Shown one piece after another: positions 47,396-57,036 of a DNA stretch of 64,000 bases (position 1 is the stretch's first letter; the number at the start of each line of letters is the position of its first letter). This stretch comes from an uncultured virus (IMG/VR IMGVR_UViG_3300028372_000001) (Duplodnaviria; Heunggongvirae; Uroviricota; Caudoviricetes), in IMG/VR virus record IMGVR_UViG_3300028372_000001, one strand, 5' to 3'. A model generated the notes under the pieces. That model searched no databases and was not told where the DNA came from. It was given only the letters and a program-made list of their open reading frames with translations. The position numbers and the translations under genes were made by a program.

Positions 47396-47648
47396 TTATA
47401 AACTCCAGCTTAGTATAAATAATTATGTCTACTGGATTATTTATCGGTAGGCTAGTCGAGTGAATAGAGACACATTCAGCAATTCTATCTTAGACTAGAT
47501 GATTTGTCAATGTTAGATCAGCCTAGTTCTCTAAAGCTCTGACAATAGTACATATCTGCTTTAAAGGGGGTAAAACTTTCGTATGATGTATAAGTTATGA
47601 GGGAAAGTACACGCGGCCAACACACCCACTAAAAAACGGAGAAGTAAA

Positions 47649-48434
47649 ATGTCACGAAGAAAGTCAGTGGCTAAGGCAATTAGCCCCAAAGACAAAAAAA
47701 TTAGAGACCTAGAAGTAGGACTCATCAACAATGGATTTGCAATGGCAGAAAACACCCGAAAAAGAAAGAACTGGACCATCCATGACCTTAAGACAATCAA
47801 ACCCCTCAATGAACCTCAACGCGCTATGTTTGAGGCGTATTTTCAAGACTTTCACATCATAGCAAACGGCTCTGCCGGTACAGGCAAGACACTTGCCTCG
47901 CTGTTTCTAGCGCTCAATGACGTACTATCAAAAGACCGCCCACAACAACGTGTAATCATCGTGCGTAGCGCTGTTGCAACTCGTGACCTTGGCTTCCTAC
48001 CGGGTAATATTGATGAGAAGCTAGAACCATTCGAGACACCCTATCGTGATATCTTGGGCTTTTTAACAGGGAATGCAAATGCTTATGACAGCATGAAAGA
48101 AAACGGATTGATTGCATTCATGCCGACTTCTTTCGTCCGTGGTCTCAATTGGGACGATGCAGTTGTAGTTGTCGATGAAGTGCAAAATTTGAACTTTTGG
48201 GAACTGAATAGTGTGATTACACGAGTTGGCGATAATTCGCGTATACTTATTGTAGGTGATCAAATTCAAACGGATTTATATAAGTCTAGTAATGATAAAA
48301 GTGGTATGGACAAGTTTTTGAAAATTGCTCGCACCCTGCCTGACGAATTCTCGGAGATTATTTTCCAGAAGGAAGATATTGTGCGAAGCAGGTTTGTCAA
48401 ATCTTGGATTTGTGCCCTAGAAGAAGCTAGTTGA
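47649..48434 (+). CDS. phoH: PhoH-like ATPase
   Basis: GSAGTGKT, LGFLPG, FVRG, VDEVQN, GDQIQTDL, DIVRS. Confidence 0.92.
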   Translation: MSRRKSVAKAISPKDKKIRDLEVGLINNGFAMAENTRKRKNWTIHDLKTIKPLNEPQRAMFEAYFQDFHIIANGSAGTGKTLASLFLALNDVLSKDRPQQRVIIVRSAVATRDLGFLPGNIDEKLEPFETPYRDILGFLTGNANAYDSMKENGLIAFMPTSFVRGLNWDDAVVVVDEVQNLNFWELNSVITRVGDNSRILIVGDQIQTDLYKSSNDKSGMDKFLKIARTLPDEFSEIIFQKEDIVRSRFVKSWICALEEAS

Positions 48435-48485
48435 CAAAGGCTTGCCCCTCCCACATGGGAGGGGCACGGCTCCGTCTATGTAAAG

Positions 48486-48797
48486 TTAATCTTCCCTGAG
48501 TGTTCTGAAATCAGTCACATAGATGTTTTCAAAACCTAGCTGCTCGGCGTATGTTGCGCCTGCTTTCGCTTCGGCGTCATCCAGATCGTGCCCAAAGATA
48601 ATAATAGGACGCTTTTTCTCTTTCGAGAGTCGATGAAGCTCATTCACGAATTTGCGCGTGGGGTACAGATTAACTGCCCCAGATATAGTTCCATTACGAA
48701 AATATTCTGGAGTTCGTACATCTGCAACCAACACTTCTTTACGACCACGAATTTGTGCCAGTCGTTCTTTTGTGATGTTCCTGAAACTTGCTTGCAT
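48486..48797 (-). CDS. rhodanese-like domain protein lacking the active-site Cys
   Basis: DVRTPEYF..G.I.GAVN; LGFENIY; IIIFG where C is expected. Confidence 0.7.
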   Translation of the reverse strand: MQASFRNITKERLAQIRGRKEVLVADVRTPEYFRNGTISGAVNLYPTRKFVNELHRLSKEKKRPIIIFGHDLDDAEAKAGATYAEQLGFENIYVTDFRTLRED

Positions 48798-48808
48798 GAT
48801 ACTACTCC

Positions 48809-49393
48809 TTATTCAATACCAAGGTGTTTATAGGCTTGATATAAACTATGTAGCCTAATGAACCTCATGCAACTTTTGTTGAACGGGAGAGCATGTAAGA
48901 ACACATGATTAACTTTCCCAGATTCTTCAAGATCAATACAGTTTTGCACTTGGTCATCAATGGCAAACTCTATTGTATCAAATTTCTTTAGAAAGTCAAC
49001 TTTATTCGCACCATGGTCACTGATAATCAGGTCATCGTATTCCAAACCAAACTTACGCAAATAACGATCAGTCTCATGGTGTGGGTTAGGAACAAACCCC
49101 TCTCGTGCAGTCAATATGACAACATAGAATCCACGTGCCATTAAATCCTTTAGAAAAAATTCCGAATGAGGATGAGGTTCAATATTCTCGAACACTCTAT
49201 CCTCAACCGTATATTGAATTAGATCATCAACTTTAACGTTTGTATTATCCTCAAACTTAAAGTCAGTCCAATCGGACCAATGTCTAATTGCATCTTTCCC
49301 ATGACGCTGCTTAACACACTGATACATTGCTTCCCGTGTGTTAATCAGCGTATCGTCTAGATCAAGAACCGCTACTGGTCGCTTTATACTCAT
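48809..49393 (-). CDS. HAD-family nucleotidase
   Basis: LDLDDTL, ILTAR, AIDD. Confidence 0.8.
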   Translation of the reverse strand: MSIKRPVAVLDLDDTLINTREAMYQCVKQRHGKDAIRHWSDWTDFKFEDNTNVKVDDLIQYTVEDRVFENIEPHPHSEFFLKDLMARGFYVVILTAREGFVPNPHHETDRYLRKFGLEYDDLIISDHGANKVDFLKKFDTIEFAIDDQVQNCIDLEESGKVNHVFLHALPFNKSCMRFIRLHSLYQAYKHLGIE

Positions 49394-49991
49394 TTACACT
49401 CTCGATGATTGCATCTACTAGAATCTTTCGCTCAGCTTCCAAATCACGCTCTTTTGCTTCCTCTTCGGTGAAAATATTTCCGGCGAACCTGATTTCAAGT
49501 TTCTTGATAATCATCGCCTGAACACTCTCCCAGTCGATACCCGTGGCTTCATAGAACAACGCCTTGTACCAATCGGAGTCACCGAGTTCTTCACATACAT
49601 TTACCACATCAAGCTCACCAGTTGCTAGTGCCTGAAGCATGGCCGTGGCGATTTCACCATGTTCCGTGATAGAACCTAGAAGAGCATGGAACACTCTCGG
49701 GTCAAGATCAAGGCTTACCGTTTCTCCGGGGGAGGAACCTTGAAGAGTATACAAGTCGTTTCGCATTGCAATAACCTGATCGTTTACTGCACCTACATAC
49801 TTCTCAATGTCACCAAGGTCTAAATCCTTTCCATAGAAAGCATGCTTCTTGAAGCGATCTAGGATTTCAGCAGAATTTTCAAATGCCTGAAGTGCACCAA
49901 CAAAAATATTGTACCTATGCCCCTCAAGTTCAATCTTATCTACAACTGATTCAGTCCTCACTGCTAGTTTCTGAAATTCCGTCCGATCCAT
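49362..49991 (-). CDS. MazG-like NTP pyrophosphohydrolase
   Basis: HALLG..TE.GE...NV.EELGD..WY. Confidence 0.7.
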   Translation of the reverse strand: MDRTEFQKLAVRTESVVDKIELEGHRYNIFVGALQAFENSAEILDRFKKHAFYGKDLDLGDIEKYVGAVNDQVIAMRNDLYTLQGSSPGETVSLDLDPRVFHALLGSITEHGEIATAMLQALATGELDVVNVCEELGDSDWYKALFYEATGIDWESVQAMIIKKLEIRFAGNIFTEEEAKERDLEAERKILVDAIIESVNEYKATSSGS

Positions 49992-50808
49992 CCTGTTCCT
50001 CCTTATTATTGTTTTCTGTTACAGGGATTTCTTTACTCAACATAGCCAGTGACATCTTTTCAGCGAACTTGTTCACCGGGACTGCCTGTGTTGCAATAGT
50101 TCTTTTTTCTTCTGCACGGTTGAAAATGTCTTTAAGATTTTGCTGAGTATCCGCACCATCTTTAGCGCCACTTGCAAGCTCTTCTTTAGCAAGAGCAAAC
50201 GAAACATTACGGATGACTGATTTCCTGCGTTCTTCCAACGAAGGAATGGCGGCTTCCATGTGTTTGTCTTCGGGCATGATATATCTGTTGCTCATAATTC
50301 TCTGAACAAACATAGCTTCACTGGGAAAGCTCGAACGTGTGTTATGGTCAAACATTCTATTCCAAAGGTCTTTGCGGAGTGACCATTCTTGCTCTGTTAC
50401 ATTTTCATCAGGATCAGCGTTATTCCAATATCCAAAGTACTGGACCTGTGGGTGATCTAGGAATATTTTCTCCGAAGTGCGATCATCGAAGAAGAACATT
50501 GCAAGGGTATAACCATCTACGATTCCAATGGCGACACTGTAATCACTGGCTTCATCTGGTGGGAGCCTAACATGCCGCTTAGATGCTACGAGAAGGGGTA
50601 TACGCTGGTCCTCATCGGGATTAAAATAATCCTGACCCATAACATGGTACATGTCATAAATTAGAGTAGAGGTGGCCAGAATCTCTCTGGCGCGATCCAT
50701 ATAGACCGCTTCTTTAACAGGACCTCGAATGGAGTCCACGAAATCATACATATCTTGAATTGTGTAAACGCCGTTAAGCATTACACCGTTGAATATTTTT
50801 GTTGACAT
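49951..50808 (-). CDS. hypothetical protein
   Basis: Long ORF; YWNNADPDE motif. Confidence 0.7.
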   Translation of the reverse strand: MSTKIFNGVMLNGVYTIQDMYDFVDSIRGPVKEAVYMDRAREILATSTLIYDMYHVMGQDYFNPDEDQRIPLLVASKRHVRLPPDEASDYSVAIGIVDGYTLAMFFFDDRTSEKIFLDHPQVQYFGYWNNADPDENVTEQEWSLRKDLWNRMFDHNTRSSFPSEAMFVQRIMSNRYIMPEDKHMEAAIPSLEERRKSVIRNVSFALAKEELASGAKDGADTQQNLKDIFNRAEEKRTIATQAVPVNKFAEKMSLAMLSKEIPVTENNNKEEQDGSDGISETSSED

Positions 50809-50861
50809 TTTTACCCCATATGTGAAAAGAGCGTGCATTGTAGCACGCTCTTTTCATGAGG

Positions 50862-51515
50862 TCAAGCCTCGTGGCCAAATACTGGCAATGGATCGCTATG
50901 TAGTCTGCTCTCCCGAGGAACACCCTTCATCAACCACTCCATCTGATCCGCAAGAATTCTACGGTTCTTCAAAATTAGAGCCTCGTGGTACGATGGGACA
51001 TACGGAACGTAAGTCAACTGCATGTTCGCCTGTTCCGGTGTGCGGTCGTCTTTACGCTGATTGCAAGAACGACAAGCAGTTACTACATTCTGCCACACGT
51101 CTGGCCCACCCTTCGACTTCGGATGTACGTGATCGCGCGTTAGCTTACCGTTTGCGTACTTCGTTGCACAATATGCGCAAACGTTTCGGTCACGGGTGAA
51201 CAACTCGCGATTGTTAAGAGCCGGTGCCGTTCTACGATACTTGGTCGGGCTAGTACCGTTATCGAGGGCTACGATAGTGTCCAGAATCAGCGTAGACTGC
51301 TTACCAGTCTTTACGTTGATACCACCACGTAGAAGAACCTCGTACTGACCAACACTCCATAGGATTTTACCCTTAGCCGAGTAAAACGCGGAATCTTGAT
51401 AGGTAATCCAATGAAGGGCTTCGCCTCCCGAATTCAAGGCCAAAATCAACGGTAGCGAATCAACACCATCAATTACCGGAGCACTGCCCCCTACTTCTTT
51501 ATTGGTCAACATCAT
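50862..51515 (-). CDS. HNH endonuclease
   Basis: LFTRD..CAYC, TRDHVHPKSKGG, NVVTAC..CN..K. Confidence 0.9.
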   Translation of the reverse strand: MMLTNKEVGGSAPVIDGVDSLPLILALNSGGEALHWITYQDSAFYSAKGKILWSVGQYEVLLRGGINVKTGKQSTLILDTIVALDNGTSPTKYRRTAPALNNRELFTRDRNVCAYCATKYANGKLTRDHVHPKSKGGPDVWQNVVTACRSCNQRKDDRTPEQANMQLTYVPYVPSYHEALILKNRRILADQMEWLMKGVPRESRLHSDPLPVFGHEA

Positions 51516-51526
51516 TTTCCCTTCTC

Positions 51527-52039
51527 CTATACAAAGATTACTTCGTCAAAACCCTCCTGCTTAGTCGGCGGGATATAGCTCTTGGCCATATCTCCCATGA
51601 CTTTCGCTGGAATGTGCTTTCCCGTTTCACGCTCACGCTTTGCCAAACGGTCTTCCAGTTCCTGATCGTCTACCTCGAACGATACTGCAATCTTATAGTA
51701 ATCGTCAGGAACTTTCCGAAGGATACCCCTTCGCTTCTTGGGAGTCAAGTTAGTCTGGTCCCAAATAATGCTCTTACCATTATTTACTTCTTCGCGAAAC
51801 TTTTGCTTCATGATATGGGTAGCCTGCCCTACATGCTTGCCAAAGCCGGAAGTATAGTCCATTCCATCAGCTTCCGACAGACGCTCGATTTCGTCATCGC
51901 TTGAAACAATGACATAATCAATATCAGTCTGCGCGAGCATACGATCACGCCAAGTTGACTTACCGGAACCCGGCAGGCCAATCATCACAATGATTTCGGG
52001 ACGCTGGGCGTCTCTTTCTCGCAACATCTTGGGATTCAT
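51527..52039 (-). CDS. P-loop kinase (polynucleotide kinase-like, AAA_33)
   Basis: GLPGSGKST, SSDD, IWDQTNL, EGFDE. Confidence 0.85.
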   Translation of the reverse strand: MNPKMLRERDAQRPEIIVMIGLPGSGKSTWRDRMLAQTDIDYVIVSSDDEIERLSEADGMDYTSGFGKHVGQATHIMKQKFREEVNNGKSIIWDQTNLTPKKRRGILRKVPDDYYKIAVSFEVDDQELEDRLAKRERETGKHIPAKVMGDMAKSYIPPTKQEGFDEVIFV

Positions 52040-52077
52040 GTTCTTATTCCTTAAAAGTTACAGCTACTTTATACTAT

Positions 52078-52560
52078 CTATTCGGTAATGTCAACTACTG
52101 TAACTACCTTAATTTCGGCCTCGTCTAGCATGATATGGTTTACGCCACATGCATCATAATGTGTGCCCTTCCCCTTACCGGGAAATTTGATATTGGGACC
52201 TATGACTTCAACGATACCAGCTTGAATGATAGCACGAGTACAATCGGAACAACACTCTACCTGATAATTCATGTACATTTTACAACCCCGCGTCGAAACC
52301 CCAACGCGGGCTGCGTTAAAAATTGCGTTCCGCTCACCGTGTTCAGTCCATTCATACTTCTGTGGGCGCTCCCATCTATCTTCGATATCTTCGTTGACGT
52401 TTCGTGGAAATCCATTAAAGCCTGTACTGACTACTTCATTATCTGGCCCTACGATTATTGCACCACATTTGGTACTCTGATCCTTGGACTTGCTCGCAGC
52501 TAATTGAGCCATTTTCACAAAATATTCATCCCAACTGCTTGCTCTTCGTTCACTTCTCAT
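52078..52560 (-). CDS. dCMP deaminase
   Basis: SKD.STK.GA, GFNGFP, HGERNAI, CSDC. Confidence 0.9.
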   Translation of the reverse strand: MRSERRASSWDEYFVKMAQLAASKSKDQSTKCGAIIVGPDNEVVSTGFNGFPRNVNEDIEDRWERPQKYEWTEHGERNAIFNAARVGVSTRGCKMYMNYQVECCSDCTRAIIQAGIVEVIGPNIKFPGKGKGTHYDACGVNHIMLDEAEIKVVTVVDITE

Positions 52561-52832
52561 TTATTATCCTTTAAAATTTTTTCAATTTGATTTGTTCTCT
52601 GTTTGCCGTAGCAAGACTCACAGGGTACATTGCCTCGACGTACCGCATTTTCTACTACTGGATCAAAGTCCATCATTTCGGCATGAAGGAGATTCATTGT
52701 CATATGAGTTGTAAGCCAAATTGGCAAGCGATCAATGATTCGGCCTTGAGTTGCAATAGGATAACGCTGGGCATCCCAGTACATCTTATGCATAAGCTCG
52801 GGCATCCACTCTATATCTTCTTGATGTACCAT
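52557..52832 (-). CDS. hypothetical protein
   Basis: GGAG SD. Confidence 0.6.
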   Translation of the reverse strand: MVHQEDIEWMPELMHKMYWDAQRYPIATQGRIIDRLPIWLTTHMTMNLLHAEMMDFDPVVENAVRRGNVPCESCYGKQRTNQIEKILKDNK

Positions 52833-52844
52833 ATATTCTCCAAT

Positions 52845-52870
52845 AAAAAAGGGGGCCGAAGCCCCCCCCC
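52845..52870 (-). terminator. terminator after NAMPT
   Basis: gggggc-ttcg-gccccc-tttttt on the minus strand. Confidence 0.8.
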
Positions 52871-52927
52871 CATCGAATCCCCATCAGTGTATAGTGCTCA
52901 CTTTTGGGGTAACTTAAACTGCTTCGC

Positions 52928-54364
52928 TTACTTGCCGGGAAAATCCCGTAGGGCTGCGAGTTCGCGAACTTCATCAAACGTTTGCTTCCTAAGAATCTTA
53001 CCATTCTGGAAAACCGTGTCCATTGCAACTACTTCGGTGTTCTTCATAGTGTCGTGCTGGTTAATCGTCCTGTACTCTTTCGTCTCAGTATCTTGAACGA
53101 GAGTCAAAATTCCAGCCTTCGACGCCTTGGTAGGATCAGTGATCGGAACCTTCTGAATATCACGAGCATCACCATCAACAACGATGTGAGAGCCCTTGAT
53201 TGCAAACCGCAGTGTATCACGATCCAGCTTCCGAAGCAAGCCTCCACCACTACCAAAGTTGATGTTATCTGCCGAGTAGCCCAGAGATTCAAAGTTGCCA
53301 AGGATATCTTTGACCGCTTGCAAATCAACACCATCACCTTGAATGATTCGAACGCAATCGTTCAATACCTTGAAGCCCTTGTCGTTGACATAGGAGCCAA
53401 ACAACTCGTCCAACTTCGTGACAACAAGCTCGGTCATTTCAACAGGCACGCCACTATCGGGGCGAATAACGATCACACCGTTGCTTTCGATTTCTTCTCG
53501 AAGCTCACCAAACATTTCGATGGCTGCAACAAGATCGTAGGTGTCACATACTACAGAGCAGATGCCGGTCTTAGGCAGCACGGTACGGACGATGTTGGCG
53601 AAGAAATCAAACTCACGAAGTTTACCCCATCCAATAGTAACAGTGTGTTCCGTAGCAGGAATTGAGAATCCGGCCATGCCACTGGCTGTACCGTAGTAGT
53701 CTTCTGCCATGCAAATGCCAATCATGTTATCAGTGGAAGTACCCGAGGTCAGGTGAGCAGCGCCACCAACCATGGCTTCTTCCTTGGTGCTAACACCACG
53801 ACTACCAAAGTCCACAAGCTTCGTGTTTGCAAGTTCCGGCGAACCCGTGCGTTCAAGAGAATTCTTAAACACTTTGAGGAACTCACGAGAGTGGGTTGCA
53901 ACCGTAATGGGGTACCAAGAGCGCATGTAAATGTTTTCGAAGTACGAAGCACACCAAGACACATTAAATCGAGGATCAGTCGTCTCGATAGTCATTAGTG
54001 CATTGTTTACCGGAACAACAGCACCTTCCTTAACAGCCCTGACCTTAATGGGAATAAATCCATTGTGATCATTAACAACAGCTTCCCAACCTTTACGGTT
54101 GAATGCGGCTGTAGTACCTATGTGCTTTTCAATGAACTCTTCGGCCTGATCAACCATTTCCATGGTTACAGGTTCCATCATTTCATGCTCAAGAATGTAC
54201 TGAAGGCCGAAGAAAACGGTCTCATCGTACAACGCACCCGCTCGCGCCTCAAGATATACTTGAGAGAAGCTAGTGCCATTCTCCATGAACATCCAGTGCC
54301 CAACTTTATAAGTGTCGGTGTTCAAGATAACATTATCAGTAAGTTTAAGTTCTTGGTTTTTCAT
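52928..54364 (-). CDS. nadV: nicotinamide phosphoribosyltransferase (NAMPT)
   Basis: TDTYK..H, FFGLQY, DFGSRG, SIPATEH, IRPDSG, IIQGDG, FGSGGGLL. Confidence 0.9.
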   Translation of the reverse strand: MKNQELKLTDNVILNTDTYKVGHWMFMENGTSFSQVYLEARAGALYDETVFFGLQYILEHEMMEPVTMEMVDQAEEFIEKHIGTTAAFNRKGWEAVVNDHNGFIPIKVRAVKEGAVVPVNNALMTIETTDPRFNVSWCASYFENIYMRSWYPITVATHSREFLKVFKNSLERTGSPELANTKLVDFGSRGVSTKEEAMVGGAAHLTSGTSTDNMIGICMAEDYYGTASGMAGFSIPATEHTVTIGWGKLREFDFFANIVRTVLPKTGICSVVCDTYDLVAAIEMFGELREEIESNGVIVIRPDSGVPVEMTELVVTKLDELFGSYVNDKGFKVLNDCVRIIQGDGVDLQAVKDILGNFESLGYSADNINFGSGGGLLRKLDRDTLRFAIKGSHIVVDGDARDIQKVPITDPTKASKAGILTLVQDTETKEYRTINQHDTMKNTEVVAMDTVFQNGKILRKQTFDEVRELAALRDFPGK

Positions 54365-54366
54365 TT

Positions 54367-54384
54367 GCCATATCTCCTATGTGC
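54367..54384 (-). promoter_or_regulatory. 18-nt leader GCACATAGGAGATATGGC (copy 1, includes SD)
   Basis: Identical to 55517-55534. Confidence 0.8.
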
Positions 54385-54429
54385 AAGTTTAGTTTTACGA
54401 GATTACGCTCAATGCTGTTTACTATAACA

Positions 54430-55515
54430 TCACCCGATGAAATAGTCAAGTATATCAGCATGGTCTTCGAAAAGTTGATCCCGCATTCTATGGACTTCAG
54501 CGAATGGGAACCACCATGCTTTCAAGATTCCGGGACCTGCCCGTAAGCCCTTCACAGGGAGTGGACGAGAAGAATCAAGTTCGTAGTAGAAGGCCGTTGT
54601 AAGCGTTCTATTTCGGTCTGTCGTAAGCCTAGCACGCAATGAGCGATTAGGATTGTCAAATTCGTGTTTATCAGTCAATGAACCTTTGAATGCTTTTACT
54701 GGCACATCAAGATTAGTCTCACTTAGCACCGCACGAATAGAAGCGTCTTCAAGCGTTTCATTCGGTCCAAGGTGAACCCCCGGCAATGCCCATTGTCCAT
54801 AGCCCATGGGGTTTCCACGCTGCACCAATAGCACGTGTCCAGACTGTGCCACAACCGAATCAACCGTCTGGAATGTAATGCCGTATGGTAGAGCCTCATA
54901 TAACTTTTCTTCACTCCTAATATATTCATATTCTTCACGAAGAATCTTGAATTCATCACTTAGAATGAAGTCTTGCATCCAGTTGTAAACATAGGGAGTA
55001 ACATTACTTTCAATGTAACCGAGGTGCCCCTCAAATATAAGTTCACGGATTTTGGTAGAGGACACAACCTTACCAGCGTTTCCTTTGACGTATGGCCCAG
55101 TTTCAACAAACGACCAGTTAGGGAAGTTCTCACGAAGGTAATAACTACTTGAATCCTTTTCGTGTCCAATAATTCCGATACGCGGATTGGTCTTGCCAGT
55201 CGTATAACGAGCAATATCAGCTACAGAACCTTGAATAAAAGTAATCCATTTAGATTCTTTGTAGCGATGATCTTCCGCATGTATGAATGTAAGTTTAGAA
55301 AAATCAATACCATCTGCAAGGGCAGAGTTGCTAAGCATATCTTGCCGCTCTGCGGCGGTCCATGGATTTTTTGGTGTGCGGGCGGCGTTGGATGAACCAA
55401 TTATGATAATAACTTGATCTGCCGCGTTGGCTGCCTGTCGCAGCGTAGACATATGTCCATCATCGGAAGGTTCGAACCTTCCGATGTAAACAATTGCATC
55501 GTATTCTTTACTCAT
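54430..55515 (-). CDS. bifunctional NMN adenylyltransferase/Nudix (NadM-Nudix, NatV-like), with degenerate motifs
   Basis: YIGRFEP...GH, GSSN, KNPWT, GHEKD.SSYYL, SSTKIR; TVDSVV..SGHVLL, WALPG, FEDH. Confidence 0.88.
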   Translation of the reverse strand: MSKEYDAIVYIGRFEPSDDGHMSTLRQAANAADQVIIIIGSSNAARTPKNPWTAAERQDMLSNSALADGIDFSKLTFIHAEDHRYKESKWITFIQGSVADIARYTTGKTNPRIGIIGHEKDSSSYYLRENFPNWSFVETGPYVKGNAGKVVSSTKIRELIFEGHLGYIESNVTPYVYNWMQDFILSDEFKILREEYEYIRSEEKLYEALPYGITFQTVDSVVAQSGHVLLVQRGNPMGYGQWALPGVHLGPNETLEDASIRAVLSETNLDVPVKAFKGSLTDKHEFDNPNRSLRARLTTDRNRTLTTAFYYELDSSRPLPVKGLRAGPGILKAWWFPFAEVHRMRDQLFEDHADILDYFIG

Positions 55516-55516
55516 A

Positions 55517-55534
55517 GCCATATCTCCTATGTGC
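55517..55534 (-). promoter_or_regulatory. 18-nt leader GCACATAGGAGATATGGC (copy 2)
   Basis: Identical to 54367-54384. Confidence 0.8.
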
Positions 55535-55590
55535 TGAGTGATATACTGTGTATTATATAACTATTTATCTAACTTGTCAAGTGGTATAAT

Positions 55591-55618
55591 AAGAAAGGGG
55601 CCAGATGGCCCCCTTCTT
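55591..55618 (-). terminator. intrinsic terminator
   Basis: ggggcc-atct-ggcccc-tttctt. Confidence 0.65.
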
Positions 55619-55634
55619 AAGCATTATATAGGGA

Positions 55635-56879
55635 TTAAATCTCTACGTCAATGCGTGTTGCGTTTACAGTTGTGGTATCCGTAGATGTAATCTGCAGACC
55701 CATCGTCTGAGCAGCGCCTGTACCCGATAGTACCACATCGAACTTTAGACCTAAAATAGCGCCATTCAAGCGAAGCTTGGAACTGACGCTCCAATCAACC
55801 TCGGTAGCATCGGCCCCGGCTGTCCCATCATGCGTTGCATAAACTTCAACAGATTCTTTCTGCGTCGGATCACCTTCATCAAACACAGTGACAAACCATT
55901 TTGAGGTCTGAATATCATCAATTAACACAGTATCCACTGTCGTTGCTGTCGTAACGCCCGTAGAAACAGACGTGTTTGGCGCAACATCAGCGATAGCAAT
56001 GTCAAGAGCGTCAATAGATGCTGTAATGGTCTGACCATCTGTTACGAAATTATCTTCAGTGTAAGTTCGGTTACCAATAGCGATATCAAGAGCATCCAAA
56101 GATGCGGTTACAGTCTCGGCATCCGTTACAATGTTTTGTTCAGTGTATGTGCGATCACCAATTGCGGTATCAAGTTCACCAATTGCAGCCTCAAGTGTAC
56201 CACCTTGAGTAACAACTACTGCGGAGGAATAAGTTGGCGTTTCGGAGCCAGCAGCCGTCTTACCAATGAAGGCACGAATAAATGCTAGTTCCGCGTTATT
56301 TGTAGTAGAAGCGATTTGCTGCCATACTGTACTGTCATACACCCATTGTGACTCAGCATACGTACCATCTTGAACAAGTAATGCGTCGCCGTCGGTTGCT
56401 GTGTTTACGTCTTCCGTGAATGTCCAGTTCCCTGTTGAACCAGAAACAATATAAACGTTCTCGTTACCAGTTGTCAAATCCGTAAAGAGAACGCGATCAT
56501 CTGCGGCAATTGTAACACCATCAACCGTATCACCTACGTTTGCCGCTGTTTCTGCTGCGGTAATATCAGCGTATGTGGTATCATCAAGTACGAGGATGGG
56601 CTCTCTCCATGAGAGACCGTTGATTAGGTTATCAACGTAAGACTTGGACGCAGACTGTACCCAGTCTGCAGCTGCATTTGTGTCAGTAATTTTCTGATAA
56701 ACTACAGAAATTGATGCCGATGCGTCCGTTCGCAAATAAATGGAACCAACGGGGGCATCATCTTGGTAACTGGTATCGCCACCGGGTACGCCAGAACCAG
56801 ATAGGACGCTACCCGCACGGGTACCGTCTTCTTCATCAATTGAAAGTCCAAGTGCAACTCTGAATAGATCTAATGCCAT
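55635..56879 (-). CDS. putative virion structural/tail fibre protein
   Basis: SKSYVDN...GL.W, VDGVT....DRVL....T...EN.VY; internal repeat AIGxRTYTExN; TAAATA upstream. Confidence 0.65.
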   Translation of the reverse strand: MALDLFRVALGLSIDEEDGTRAGSVLSGSGVPGGDTSYQDDAPVGSIYLRTDASASISVVYQKITDTNAAADWVQSASKSYVDNLINGLSWREPILVLDDTTYADITAAETAANVGDTVDGVTIAADDRVLFTDLTTGNENVYIVSGSTGNWTFTEDVNTATDGDALLVQDGTYAESQWVYDSTVWQQIASTTNNAELAFIRAFIGKTAAGSETPTYSSAVVVTQGGTLEAAIGELDTAIGDRTYTEQNIVTDAETVTASLDALDIAIGNRTYTEDNFVTDGQTITASIDALDIAIADVAPNTSVSTGVTTATTVDTVLIDDIQTSKWFVTVFDEGDPTQKESVEVYATHDGTAGADATEVDWSVSSKLRLNGAILGLKFDVVLSGTGAAQTMGLQITSTDTTTVNATRIDVEI

Positions 56880-57036
56880 GAGTATTTTTCCTTACTATTA
56901 TATTTATGAAAGTGTTTAACATAATTACACTTTTACGGCACATATATCTAATGCCATGAGTATTTTCCTTACTATTATATTTAGTTTAGTTTGAATATTA
57001 TATTCATAATTACACTTTTACGGCACATATATCTAA
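56869..57036. repeat. about 80-bp diverged tandem duplication of the intergenic junction, creating minigene MALDICAVKV* (56957-56925, minus)
   Basis: Two copies each of atctaatgccatgagtattttccttactattatattta and cataattacacttttacggcacatatatctaa. Confidence 0.85.

Noticed and set aside
50862..51515. HNH as an intron-borne homing endonuclease or mobile element
   Set aside because: No interrupted host gene, intron structure or terminal repeats are seen around it
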